A DNA stretch of 64,000 nt, from positions 10,729,129 through 10,793,128 of the forward strand of contig CM082576.2 of the NCBI GenBank assembly GCA_040954595.2. The letters run 5' to 3'. Below are positions 13,534 to 28,500 of the stretch, one piece after another (position 1 is the stretch's first letter; each line of letters begins with the position of its first letter). A program made the position numbers and the translations under genes. Below the pieces are notes generated by a model. It was not told the origin of the DNA, ran no database searches, and was given only the letters and a program-made list of their open reading frames with translations. This DNA is from Balanoglossus misakiensis. Taxonomy: Eukaryota; Animalia; Hemichordata.

Positions 13534-16500
13534 CTAGGATGGATTTTTGAGAATTCTCTTCTGTCTGTAGTCGTAGACGTGTCGACAGAAGAAGACCATG
13601 TCCCTATCCACTCTTGGATCTGGCAGTTTGTCTTGTCGCGTGTATTCTTCCGGCAGAGGCACCGCCGGTATCCCCGGCTTGATGCCTTCGTCCGCCATCC
13701 GGACCCTCTTGCAATGTCTAAGCGGTACAAAGAAACATAAAGGATAAATTTTGTGATGCCGTATTGGTAGTTAGTCATCCCAGCGGCAGAATAAAACCAT
13801 GCAATGATCCAATTTGATTTTCGCTTTGAGATCCATGCCTATACATGCCTAATTTTTCTTTTCAGATTTGATAATTGAGGATTTCTGGACTAATATTACG
13901 ATATTGCAATTTGAATATGCAATGTATTTTTTCTTGGTTGCCTGTGTACATAATACACAGGAATAATTTATCCTGGATTTCAAGACCAGACCAAGAATCA
14001 TCCCCATTTCAGTTGACTTCCAATCTCCTTATCTTTGGTATTTTATTTTTGTGTGGAAATAAAACACTAAAATAAAGTTTTGTACACATCAATTCCCACC
14101 TGAAGTACTCTGCTGACGTGAGGACATAGCACTTCTCTTCTATAGTTGCAACACTGTTGTAGTCTTTGTGTTTGCACGCAAAGAGCTCAGCCTACAGGAA
14201 GAGAAAGACCCCAAAATAAAAGGGTGATTGGTAACAAAATGTGTTCATTCATTGAGCAATGTGTGCGTTTCTTGTGCTATAAGTACAAGTGTTGATTATG
14301 GTGGAAGTGACCAATGAGGCTTGCCGTTTTACTGCACCTGTAAATTTTGAAAGATCAGGGTGCAACTGCAACCAATACTAAGTGACAATGAATATTGTAT
14401 AGTCTCTGGGCATTTTTTCTCTTCTCCTTCTGCACAAAAACACTGCGCATTGAAACATTTGAATACGGTGCATGTATTGACCACATGCGTTTGTAATCCG
14501 CACAATTTTGCCACAACTCAAAAATTATTACACATACAACAGCATGTGTGTGTTACCTGGTGATGGCGTGGACACCTTCCTCCTTCGATATGTTCCGGTC
14601 GATAATACCACAAGAGACTCACCATGAGTTCGCCTAGAGTCGAACCAGGAAATGAAAAAAAAAGCGTGTCACATTCAGTCATCACTCAATGTGTGACAAA
14701 AGAGATTGCGTGCCTTTTTAGATTTTGTGATACAAGGAAATGCTTGCAGGTGTATGACCCGAATGTCAAAAAGTAGAGCAGATCGGACTGGAATTTTTCC
14801 ATCCCAAAGGCACACAATTTTGGGCAGCCATTCTGCATAATTTCCCTGAATTACATGTACCGGTATATCTAATTGCACAGAATGAAAGGAGATTAAATCC
14901 CCTGTTTATTTTAAGTAACGGGCCCAATCAATGTAGAAATGTACATGTACATGACCAATTAACTGTTTCTATTGCATAAGCCGAGTCTGTCTGCCATCAT
15001 ACAGTAATTGTTAACACCACGATTACAAGTCAAAAGCTAAACATGCTAGACTTGTCCATGAAATTGGATGAAAATCATTCAGTGTACACGCAGTGTGCTC
15101 GTGGACTAATTTAACGAATATTACACATCTGGATCAGATTGCCATATCATGAAGTGGACATCTGTTGAGGGATAATGCTTCAATCAGTGCCATTTGCTCA
15201 GGGTCAATGTGACCTTCGTCACACAGGAAAGGGAAGGGAAACACTTTCAGTTTCTGTCAGTGGGTGGTCTCTGTTCTCTGTGATATGACGGTGCGTCCAC
15301 GACCAACCGTGCACGCAAAGACCAAGTAATCACTTGGCTATAACTTTCACTTGTGAATTTTTTTTGGCATATTGATCAGTGTACTTGAGTTATTCCTTTA
15401 TAACAGGTTGGAAAGCCTGGTATTTGAGCTATCAGCATAGTCTATATACATGTACACATTACACACATTTGTTATGGTTACAACTTCAAAGTTTACTACA
15501 CAAATCACCTAGTTCACAGTCTAGTCTAGACTGTGTTGGGCGTTTTCAACACTTTTGTTGAGTGCAAGGAAGTGCTGATAACTGGAATAAACATATTTTT
15601 TCCCAAAATATTTCCCATTACAGGGTACTATCCCTTTAATGTTCAAGCGGCGGTAAAATTATTTACCTTCCTCTGGCTCTTCCCAGAGAGCGGCGACCTT
15701 GGCAACGTAGGGCAGGTCTGTTTTACGTGGGCCAGACTTCAGCAGAATGCAATCCCTAACGCTGATTTTCTCATTGCCTTTCCTCTTGATGGAGTTATAG
15801 CACATCCTCATCACTTTGGGGGCGTCGTTCTGGTGACAAGGAAAAGCACAAATATGATGGAGTGTCATGTGTACAGTTGGCAATGGCGGTATTTCTTGTA
15901 GCTGAATTGACGATCTTGATGTGAAAAGTTGTGACAAGGTCTTAGGAATTAAACAACAACGAACTGCGTGCAGTAAAAATCTTCTTTTTTTTTACTAAAA
16001 CAGTAAAAATAATCATGTATTTTGCTTTAAAGCATTCCCTTTGACTTAGTTTCTTTTTTTACAAACGCCAAATACAAGTCAAAGTTCAGCAGACAGATAA
16101 ACAAATCACAAGTACTTCAGAATGTTTGCACATGGTCGTTGTGCAAACATTGTTGAATCTAAATCACACTAATCTGTGGTCACCCAGACAGGTGTCCACT
16201 TTGTGCAGGATACAGTCGTACCTTGCTCTCAACCCCCTTAATATCACAACTCAATGTCCAGCATCTGTTTTGCTTGCACTTGTGATAAATAAGAGATGGA
16301 GGTTTATTTAAGCAGCTGTGGTGTAATATTTCAGACATCTGAGAAGCTCGACCTTTTCGAGTTCATTACTGAACTGAAAATTGAATTTGCGAGTCCGGGA
16401 TGCAGAGCCAATTATTCTAATTGGTGATCACGTACGGTATCGCTCGATACGCACGTTGCTGAGAAAATCTGACATGTGCCATACCTGCAGGAACACGGTA

Positions 16501-19500
16501 TTTTCGAACGGTTCTCCGTGGCCCCTCCATCCGTTGGTCGTCTTCTTCTTCGCCGTTTTGACTTTGGGAACGGCGGTCTCGACGGGTGCGCACACCACTT
16601 GACCGTCATCGCACGACTTCCTGGAGCCCTTCCCCACCTTCGGTGCGATTTTCACCGGTCTGGGTTTGTTGAGGCAGTTGTCCTGTACTGTGGCCGTTGA
16701 AAGGATGGACCCTGTTTGGTAGAATCCTGCGATTCATCAAGACGTTCAAGAAAAAATAAAATAATGCAATAAAGAAAATATGAGAAATGTATAAATATTG
16801 AAAACGTGACAGAAATGTGCCTAAAATAAATAACGATCTGACCAGTAATTTTTCATGGGGTATATGCACCAAGGTTGACAATGGCAGTAAGTGTGCAGTC
16901 ATTTTTTGGCATTATAAGCTTCAACCTTGACAGACTGTACTGGTAATCATGATACAGTAAATATCTGTTTGCACTGCAGTGGCCCATCAAGGGACTTTTC
17001 TCAAATGTTCTTTATTATCACTCTCTCTCTCTCTGTTTGAGTCTGGTTCTCTCTCTCTCTCTCTGTCTTAAAATTCTCTCTGTCTCTCTCTATATATACA
17101 ATGTATCTCTCTCCTGCGTGTACACGGGATATAATTACTTTGGCCTTGTTCTTGGGTATGTCACTGACATGTGATCATGCTTAAAGTAACAAATAAACCA
17201 TGCATTATACATCATTTCATATGCCCTGGTTGGGAATGAACTCCACTCTCACAGAAGTCAGTAGTCATTACACTATAATGAATCCCATCAAATGACAAAT
17301 GTATACTTGGTATCCTTTTGCTAATTTATTTTCAAGTAGCTGATTATTTTGTCCATGTAAGATAATCTAACTGACCCTGAACAGGAGCTCTGAAAGGGGA
17401 ATTTATTAGTCTAGGGTTATTTTTGCTGGGTCTTCTGTTTAATATGATGTGGAAACACCCGTGTAGAATAAAGATACAGAAACTGACACTTTTTATGACA
17501 TAATCTGTGATATTCCATGGAGAAAATGGTGTGACATATAAAGGGGTTGATTAGATATGAAAGAAATCACTGCCATATCTTACCTTGTGCAAAATGTGCT
17601 TGTGTTATCTGCGGGACGGGGTAAGCATTTCCGCCGATGTGCTGTGCCAACTGTACTGGCATGTATGTCGGCGTACTGAGGCTCCCGATCCCGCCGATGG
17701 TGATTGTCTGTTGCACGGAAGCAGCATCCAGAGTGGCGCTGTCCGCAGACGGCAGGATGACGTTGGCGCCGGCGGCCGACGCCAAAAGCTGCTGGCCGAG
17801 CCCCTCCAGGGGCGCCTGGCTCTTCGCCGACTTCTTCTTCTTCTTCTTGACAGGGTGAGCTGGCAGTGCTGACTGGTTGAAGATGACCGGGTTCGTGTTG
17901 GGGATGAAGTACTGGGGGCCAATGCCGGCCATGACCCATTGTCCGCCGCCGGTCGACAGCGTCTGTTTCCGCCTCTTGGGCTTGCACTCGCCCGGGTCCG
18001 AACACGAGCGCTTCTTGCGCGGCGAGGCGTTGGCCAGAACGGCCTTGGCGTTCAGGCTGGCCGCGCGGCTGGAGTTCCGCACTCCCTGGGCCGGGTTGGC
18101 CAGTTTCTTTTTCCACTTCTCCCTCGCGGTTTTCTGGGCTCTCTTCTTGGTGTCCAGGATTGCGGGAGGGGCGGGGATTGCATTCTGATCTCCGAGCACG
18201 GTTGCGTTCTGCAGAGGTATGAACTGCGGCTGAGCGTACATCTTGGTCAGATTGATCGGTTGTTGCCATAGCACCGGTGAGGGCGGTGGCAAACTTATTT
18301 TCGTAACGGGCGATGACACGTGAATTGTGTTTCCGTACACAGTACTGACTGAAATCGCAGCCTCTTTGCTCTTGGATTTCTCACTCTTCTTTGTTTTCCT
18401 CGATTCAACTTTGACTTCCACGTCTTGTTTGCTTTTCTTTGCCCTTTTCTTATAAGGACCGCGCTTTTTCTTTTCCACCGGCATTTCTGAACTTTTCCGG
18501 TTTTCATCCGTGCATTTTTTCCTCTGTGGTGGCTTCACTAGGTCCTTCTCATACAGCAACAGCATTTTGGTTTGCGCTGTCAGACTTGCTATTCTGCGCA
18601 CTCTGGGAGCAGGAATTACAGCTTCGCTGACAGACTTTGCCTTCTTTGTTTTGGCTTTAGTGTTCACCACTTCTGCCTTGTTCAAAGTACTGCTGTTCTT
18701 TTGTCCAACAAAAACTTCGTCATCATTATCACCAATATCAGTATCATCATCATCATCATTATCACCATTAACAGTATCATCATCATCATTATCACCATTA
18801 ACAGTATCATCATCATCATTATCACCATTAACAGTATCATCATCATCATCATTAACAGTATCATCATCATCATCATCATTATCGTCGTCATCAACATCCA
18901 CCTCATCATCGTCAATATCAGCATCACCTTCATCATCATGATTATCATAATCATCATCATCATCATCATCGTCTGTTTCAACTTTACTTGCATCATCCCT
19001 TTCAATTTCTTCCTCCTTCAACTGTTTCTCTTCCACTAAATCTGATGCGTTCTCCTCCTTGCATTGAAAACCACACACATTTGTCTTGACCTTGTCATCA
19101 TCCGCGACCGTCTCTGCCACGTGGCTCACATCTGAAGCTTCCACTTTGCTTTGCATGCACTTACACTTACACGGTGATCTCTTCATCGTGTTGTTATTCT
19201 CCTCCTTCGTCACACCCCACGCGCAGTCACCGCAGTTACTCTCAACCGGCTGACACTTACTCCTGGGTCTGTTCACGATTGTGTTTTCCTTGTAGCTGAC
19301 GACCTTCTCGACGGCGTTCCTTTCCCCGATGTGATGCCGAAACTTGTACTCTTCCGCCGACAGCTCGGCGTACATGTCCACCTTCTGTCTGTAATTCGGC
19401 AGAGCGACAGACCTGGGAATCCTTTGACTAACGACGAAACCGTTCTCCTCCCTTTTGATGCACTGTTCCAGCTTCCTCTTCTTCAGGTCCGCGTTCTCGG

Positions 19501-22500
19501 CGCGCCTATCCGCGCCGCCGAAGCCCAGCCTGCGCTTCCTGCCGTCGCTGGCGGCAATGTTTTTAGACTTCTGCAGGTAGGCGGAGACTTTGGACTCGGA
19601 CAGGCACTGCCTGCCCGGCGACACCATCTTGTATTTCGTGTTCGTGAGTTTGGCGTCGATGTTGAGCGAGTCGAGAAACTTGGTTCTGTCACTGTCGTCG
19701 ATCCCGTACAGCCTGTACTGTCCACTACTTTTCACATGGCCGTGGTCTACCGACCCGGCGCAGTTCTCTATAGTGGCGCTTGCGGGCCGTTCCATTCTCA
19801 CCGGAAAAACGTGTAATTCTCCGTCCTGGTAATTAAACTCCTGCAGTGAAATCAACAGAGAAACAAAGAGAAGCATTCAGACATACGCATTGCTAGCTGT
19901 GTCATTTCTTTGATGTCGCTTTTTAAGTACTTCCTCCTCTAGCTCTTTAATCACGGTTTGCGGAGTGACCGCGCTTCAGGCCATTCGAGCAGCTATAATA
20001 GGGAAGTCGCGCAGAATTTCGTGACTAAGACATTTATGTAAATCCCAACACAAGTAGCATGCAAGGGTCCTCAAGAAATCCCACTGTTAACCACAGCGTC
20101 TCGACACCAGATGATATATTGCTCTGTACTGTTGTTGTGGCTGCTGGCTTGAAATGAAACAAAGCAACAGGAATAGCACTGAATATGTGGCATCACTACC
20201 AACATGCAGAAACATATAGGCTGTGTTCTTAAGAATTGGTTTCTTCATAGAGAATTTGATGACAATGTCAAAACATCCCCACAGACTACTGATTAAAATC
20301 CCACTGTTTTTCTTTTTCTATAGACATGCTGCCAGGTATTCAGTTCAAACAATGGCGTTTAAAAAACACGACTCGGCCCCCCTTCCTGCTTGTCTGTCCC
20401 CGGACCAGGTGAAAATGTTTGTCTGGTTCATTATTTATTGCCCAAGCGTGATGCAGTGCGTTTGTTGCAATACAGTTACGACACCTTTTAGGCGTATTGC
20501 TGGTGAAGATTGATGGTTGCGAGCGAGCAAGTTCTATCTTGTTTAAGTCAACAGCTGCCATGTTCCACGTTCCTTTTTACGGGAAATTAATGAAGAGTCC
20601 TGTCAGCTATCGTAACAGGCAAAGAAGACGAAACTGTCAACTTCTACATGCAGGCTCTGTTATTTACCTTCATAGGCAACGTTCAGTGTGCTTTACCATT
20701 GACTAGCAAACGCAAACACGCGAGGCCGCTGCTATAATTGAATAGTCATTAAAGTAATCCAAAGCATAAACTCTATAATAGTGACTTTTTTTAATGGCCT
20801 GGTGGGAACATGCAGGCGTGGTTTGCACTGTTTTTTCTTGGTTTTGATGGCGATGATGGAATGCAAAGTAAGAGAGCTTGTCTTTCGCAATTTCTGACAT
20901 CAGGAATAGAACTAGAAGTACAAATGTGACTACTTAGATAATGACAAAAATTTATGGTTTAAATTTGCTATAGCACGTGTGCACTGAGGTCTGCCTATGC
21001 ATGGATCAAGCAGTCAGACACGTCTAAAATATGAAATTATACAAACATGTTAAATATTAAAATTTAACATATTGCCAGTAAATGTCAGAGAAAATGTATG
21101 TCAATTAATCATTTATGAGTCACATTATTAACAGTTACTGGAACTGTGTCTCGTACTGAAGATGTAATCTGCTATAAATGCAACTGTGCCCCTTGTCACT
21201 TTCAAAGGCTAACTGAACTCAGGCATGGCATGTGGGTCTATCACCCTCCCGATTAAAACCACTCACCTCTCCCTTACCAGTATATTTCCTCTGACATCCA
21301 AAATTGGTGTCATCATTTACAGGAGAACAGCGATCACATTTCAAACTGACCCCAGGGTGTGAAATCCAACCCATGTACTACTACTACTACCTTGGGTTAT
21401 TAAATTTCAAGTGGGCTGTTCACTCTCCAGATCTCCGGAGGGCACAAGGACGGACAGATCAAAGCCATATTTTTTCATGAAGATGCGTCTTTGCGAGGAT
21501 GGTTGAGGATGATGATCGAACAGCCATCCGCATGAAAAAATTGGTAGCTCTTCTTAGCCAGCCAGCTGCAAAACTGCAATCTGACTAACAATTTCCATAA
21601 CCTATGTACAGTGTATATACTGTCTTACTGAATACCAAGGAGTCTACATAAAAGTGCAACACCTAGCTCATATTACTCAGCACAGTGTGGCAGAATCATA
21701 ACCGAACAGATGAGAAAAAAATGCCCAGCAGACAGACTTGTTAAACCCTTCTCACCCCACTTCAATGTTCGTGTATCTCGTACTTTTCAAAGGACCGAGA
21801 GATGAGCGAAGTTCTGACAGAGATAACAGACAAAAACTGACAGTATAGTTTGAGTAGACAGCACAACTAGTTTTAGCCCTCCTCATTCCAAAGCATCAGT
21901 CACTCATAGGTCCTTCCCTGCATGTTCCAAAATTGAAAGGTGTAAATATTTGGACAAGTAAAACTGACCTGACAAGCAGGTCGCCGACACCCTAGCCAGC
22001 CATAATCGACTTGAGAAAAATAAACACATCATGCATCAATTATTGGTGGGTTGCCCTGACACAGCTACTGTTGCCAACCAATAACACTAGGCACAATACA
22101 CACAGCATCCCCATGTGAGCAACTTAAATTGGCCACTCAGGAGTCGTTTATTTTTTTCCCCCAAGACAGCAGAAACTCAATAACATCTCCCGCGTGCAGA
22201 TTGGAGCGGACTTACACACAGACTAGAAGATGGGGCAAATTGGCTGCCTGTCGTTCCCGCCATGAACACCTCATTAAATCTTTCCTGACGGAGATTATTT
22301 TCCGAGTTAAACACACCGCCCTCCGCACGGCACTATCGACTCGACCTGTTTCCCGGAATTCACCCGACCGTAATCCCGGGCTGAAAGCATAAATTGACAC
22401 TAATAATACTCGTTTACGGCATATACGAGGCTCAATTCTATTCCAGGTTTAAAAGTCATATGACTGTGCCCTCGAGTAAAATCCGACAATGTAGTCCGTA

Positions 22501-25500
22501 TTTTGCAGCTGTAAATTGAAGATTTCAATGTCCTGTCTGAGACAGTATAGGAAAAAATACAGCATAGAGTTTTGACACACATAGTTGCTCTATAAATCAA
22601 GTGACGTTAGACGTGACGAGGCAAAAGGTAAAATGACGTCCACAACAAGCAAACTCTGCAACTGCACGCTAATTGACTTTCCAAGAAATTTCAACTGCTT
22701 CACACGGAACGCCTAAAAATCAATAAATAATGTTCTAATTTATTCACAGTCAAGAATGAGGTGACGTGGCTGAGTCACCATGGCAATACGTATGGATGTT
22801 ACGGGAATTTCAGAACACTGTCTGCAGTTGACCGAGTTTTCATCTTTACAGCACAACCAGGAGTGAAGTTTCTTACACGAAGCATTCACTTCAAGCACTG
22901 ATCTGGGATCTGAACTTGGGCATACAAACGTGCTGGCAATGTGTTGCACGCTGCCGTGAAAAACAACAACCAGAAAGACTAAAAGAGAACCCTTACTTAT
23001 CTGATGGTCACGTGCGCATGCTGTGGTCATAGAATCCCACATAATGCATGTCTAAACAGGAGTGAAGGCCACTGTACTGGAAAACCGGGGAGGGGGGGGG
23101 GGTTGTGTGTAGGATCCCCTTAAAATGGAAGAGACCGCATCATTTGCGCCGTGACTAACTGAGGGGCAAGATCGATTAGCGATCCCCAGATAAACCTCAA
23201 GATCTTTGGTTAACCGGTGTACCGTGAAGGTTACCTTTTCGCCATTACACATTTTATGTAAATATGTGTCTTTATGTGTTTAATACTCGTACAAGCCACA
23301 ATCTCAGAAGTATTTGCAAACTATGCGAGCACATGACAGCCAAGGCATGGCTCACCGATGGTCAACGTCTTAAGTTGGGGAACGCGAAGCCAGACTCCAT
23401 CTCATCTTCAGGTACATGTATTGTAGAATGCTACCATTTTGAATTCTGAGTGAGAGGTTAAAATTTCCTTTCGGACATGACTGGCTATCAGGTTCAAATT
23501 TCGTACAGGCAGACCAATTTCATTTCTCTACCTGTACATGTATATCGAAATAAAGCGTTCACCATTAATGGCTTTTACCGGTATATTGAATGATTTTTAT
23601 CTTCCATCAAACATTCTCACTTTCTGCATTAGTAGGCCACATTCACCCACCTGCCACGAACATGACTAAACAGGCCACATTCGAATACAGCAAGGAAGTG
23701 CCAAGCCTTCAAATATTTTTTTTATTTTAAATCAATAAAATTGACTGTCATTACTAAAATGACTGTTATCTGAACAGTTCAAATAAATCATTATAGCTCT
23801 GTTCCCAATGTGTCTTTTGACATGTAAGATATAGTCAGATTTATAAAAGACTGCATTTTGGGGGCAAAAATATTGCTTTTTGCAGTGAAGTGGCCTTGTC
23901 TGTGCTACAGTTTCTAAACAACACTGCTAGTAATACCTTCGTTCTGTTAAATGGTCCACTTAATGAACTTAGACATACACACACTTTAGGTTCATGCTTC
24001 ATTGTTAGGTATTCAAAGGCAACCCGCTTAAAGACATCTCAGTACGGCACAACGCCTGTCGGTGATCAATTCACACGGAATTAAAATTTACAAGACGCGT
24101 CTACAGTCCGCTGGGGACTGAACAATTCAATTTGTCATACAACTGGCAGTTAACAGTTGCCGTGCTAAAATTAACATAGGCTTTGGCCTACTCAGCTCCC
24201 CCTCCCCCTCCCCCTCCAACACACATATGTACACTCCTCCTTGATACTGCAAGTTCCACCACAAATATTCTTAATTCCAAGTTGGGAATATTCCATCGTA
24301 TAAGATCTCCGAGGGGGACAAAGTAAAATTAGAGAGTATAACATGTCAGCACAACGCTAAAATTAAAGTGGGGCACGACATCACCTTAGATACATGTATA
24401 AATATCACAACAGTAGCATGCCTGAACAATAAATAGAACCGAAAGACCACCATAAAACCGTACCCCTTTCCACTTATCAACAATATGTACCTTTAGCACG
24501 CATCCGCACATTTGCAAAAATGCCTCATCTGTAGCTCTAGTCTTAGCTACTGGCCATTTTAATTTTCGTAAAACACCACTGACGTAGATGTAAGTCCAAT
24601 CTATGATGCTATACGCTCAACAATTGAACTGTTCCTGCAAAAGACCGCACGTGTAATGGAGAGACACGCCTGCTGAGATGAATCAGTCGATCCCCACACT
24701 TTGGGGAAATGGGTCAGTTCTGATTGCAGAGTTTGGCCCACTGGAATGTCACACAGAATGAAAATGATTAGCTGTGAAGGGAGAAGCCAGGTAACGCAGG
24801 CATTCATCTTGCGAGTCACGATTATTTATTGGCGTGACTCAAAAACTAGGATATAACTAGGAACTATTCGTACTGTGAAAAGGAAGCATTTCGCCACGAA
24901 TCAAGCGTGTCTAATTTTAGTTTGGGAACATGTCATAATGTGGATACGTTGGGTCTGAAATTATTTCATGAGACCTATCTGAATATTATTACGGGGGCCT
25001 GCTCGGCTATACCGTAGTAATGTACATGTATATAGTATTCTTATATACTACACACTCACCTATGTGTATTTGTTTCTACAGCCATAATGCAAATAATTCT
25101 TCAACATACATTTGTAGCTATAGTTTGTGTGCAACATTTCATATAATGAGCAATCATACATGTATATCTGGCTAATATTTTTTTGGAGGGGGTGGTAAAA
25201 TGTACATGTATTGTAGAAGTGTGATTATTGGAGCAATCTTTCGGCAAACAATCCCACAACTGCACATACCAGCAGGAGCTGTTTGCAGACATGGTAAATC
25301 TACTGACAAAAAACAACATTGAAACATTTCAATTGCCCACCCTAATCACTTTTTAATTGTGGGCACTCTGAAATGTCAACACAGGAAGCTGCTATCTTCA
25401 TGACTGACAACCATCAATATGCAATCTGGCTCCTTGCAGTGAGGCCAGTGGGGACCAGGTCATTGACACTGACTTCTCAGATCAGTAATCGACTGTTACA

Positions 25501-28500
25501 TAATTAAGTTAAGACTGATTAGTGTTGTTGATTTACATGTAACAGTTGATCTTGTCAGCTGCTTGAAATGTAAATGGTTGTACAACTTTAATAAGTCCAA
25601 ATGAATCCAAGAATTCATAAAACTATGGTTTCATTTTCGGACTGTCTTCGATAGGCAAGTTTTCCATTTCACACTCTACCAGTCTACTCTAATACTAATG
25701 TTAAAACTTAGTCTGTGACAGTATTATCGCACTTTAAAAACTCAGAAAAGAATATTCAATGATTCTATGTTTGTATCTTACAATACAAGATACGTTAATG
25801 GCAGTGAGGTCGTCAAAACGCCAATGAACTCGTAAACAGTGACATCCCCCCCCCCCCCCCCCCCATTTTCCAAAGAAAAAAACTGTATAGAGAGACGGGC
25901 CTTGCGTGGACTTGGTGTTCAAAAGAATTGTGAACTGTCAAGGTTGGGGCATAATTCACAGAGAAATCACACCATGTTATTGACGTATGCTTAGCTGTAG
26001 GACACTCACAGCTGTAATGGTTACACATAATAATACCACATACTACTTTCGTGCCTGCAGTTTGTTGACAACAGTGGCCTAGAGTGACAAACCAACGCCC
26101 ATCAGATTCTCCTCCTCAAAAGGAGAGGAAAATCAATGACGTGATTATTACTACTTGAGGTGAATTAATTTGTTTACTTGTGGTTTTTGCTGCCAAATGT
26201 TGAACTGCATGAATCTACAACGGGTCTTTTGAGAAATGGTCATTGGAGTTGAGAGATACACACCCAAATTAATCATCGTCACTGAATGACTGTCTGGCAG
26301 CAAATTCATCTTATTTTATCTGGAAAAAGCCATTAGATAGTTCACATATGAAAGAACCTGGATTGCACAAATTAACAAGTCACAAAAAGAATTCTAATAT
26401 CATCAATAGAATCATCAACTTGTGTTACATCAGTTCACACATTTTGCAACTTTGGCGACATCGCCTTGTTAAAAGGCCCTTTATGAAACATAATGGCTTA
26501 GCTATGGTATAACCTTGGTAAGCGATAACTATGACCAAGGATGCTATAAATATCCGATAGTGGATTTAGTGAGATCCCTTGAGGATTAGCCAGCAATACA
26601 TTTTAAGCTCTCAGAACTCTGCTTGTCTTCGTACAGATTTAAATAACTAAGATTCAAACAGTAACGTTCCCCGTGCATTAGTCTTAGATTTCAGCAGGAA
26701 CAGCTAAATGCCAACACTATAAATCTATGTAACCAGAGAAGGCCAAATTTAAATCACCAGTAAGAGTCTAATGTGGTACTGCAAGTTACCCGTGTGATAC
26801 ATGTACCAGTATCTTTCAAAATCACTCACTCATCAAAAACAATGTTGTACCTCCGACGAACCCAACATTTGCATAAAACACGACTCAGCATAACACAAAC
26901 TAATTTTTATTTTTAATTAAGTGCGAAATATGGCTACAATCGCTGTGTGAACTGCAGTTCCACCTTAACCCTGCCTTGCAACCAGCAATATTATCGCCCA
27001 CTGTTAGAAGACTACGATATTCCTTGCCTGGCACCAAGAGAATGCCCCCCTTCACGTCCAACCCTCTCTTGGGCACCCTCTCTCATTCTTTAGATGGAAG
27101 AGTGGCTCTGCGTGATGACTGGTCCATTTAAATAAGCTTACCGATGGATATGTACAAACGTACAGTAATGATTATGGCTGTACGTTTAGATGTGAAAAGT
27201 TAAATAATAAACAGGTGCCACACCCGTTCATTCTTTAACTTTTCCACATTTGCCACACCCGTTTATTCAGCCTCCTGTTGCAAGATGCCAATTAGGTATG
27301 CAATACAACTGCGCTGACAAAAAAACGTAGAGAGAGGACAGATGTAAAGATTCCAACCGACAATTAGAATCCCACTATGACTAAACACTGAAAATTCCAC
27401 GGCTTTCCATTCTCCAATTATTGCCAGGGCCAATTTCTGGTGGTTTTTACAATACAGAACTTCCAGTGAAATAATCTCTGCCAGAAAGACAATTGCTGCT
27501 AACCTATTTTAACAGTCTGACCACCATATTGATTTCATGAATCTGTAACACGATACTAAAAAAAACTCTGGAAAAAATATTTTAAATGTTAGTGAAACCG
27601 CAGGGATATTTTACAAGCACAACATAAAACAGTGTTGTGAAAAAGCGGAGGTTAATTATCTGAAAGTGAATGATTCATTTCTGCAGTTCAAGGTTTAAGA
27701 AGCAATGTATGCAAATCTCAGATTATTGATTACCTGTGTAGTTTTGACTGTTTGTAAACAAAAAGTAGGAAAGTGAACATCAGATGATACGTCCCAAATA
27801 AATGATTAATCATGAAAAATATTCATTACTATGTATTTGTAGCATTTATAAAGTGTCTGTCATTAAATTTCCCAGATTTGTACAAAATAAGTCATAAATT
27901 CCAAATAAGGACTTTTCAAGATTAATATTACTTATGAAATTGCCATTCACCGAAAACACCCGTTTTTACAATATATTTCTCGTAAACATGATGCCTGTTT
28001 TCAATTACATGTAATGGTTCTATACTGAAGCATCCGGTTGATAGAGACACGCTCACCACCACCCACACCACGTCTCACGCGACGTGTCAACGAAACTCAC
28101 GTCACGTTCGCGGTTTCATAGTACACACTCCTCCCGCGGTCAGCATTTCACGACCAACTATCTTTTACTGCGCGATAAATGACTAGACTAATATTGTCTT
28201 TAAACGTTCCCGTTATCTGTCCTTAAAATGGAAGCTGAGTAAGTTAAATGCGGTTGTGAAATGAGGTTGTACGGATACGAAGCGACGAATGTGTGGGGGG
28301 AGGGGCGCCTACTGACATCATCGAGGCATGTTGAGTCTCGTGGTGTCGTGACACAGGTATATCCGCGCCTAAACGCTGAGAACTCGCAACCGGCGGGCCA
28401 CATAGCTAATTTATAGAACGGCGACCGACGATACATGATGCGAGCACACCACTACCGCATCGTCGCCTCGAACTGTCCATTTATGATGTGTTCGCAGCAG

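Noticed and set aside
17580-18271. Several overlapping ORFs of 70-229 aa
   Set aside because: By-products of GC-rich BAHD1 coding sequence that is poor in stop codons.
18510-19039. Poly-Ser, poly-Ile and poly-Met ORFs
   Set aside because: Alternative-frame and antisense readings of the (GAT)n repeat in BAHD1 exon 2.
20000-28000. Numerous 60-100 aa ORFs in BAHD1 intron 1
   Set aside because: No domain similarity or consistent splice pattern, apart from the candidate exon at 22216-22263.
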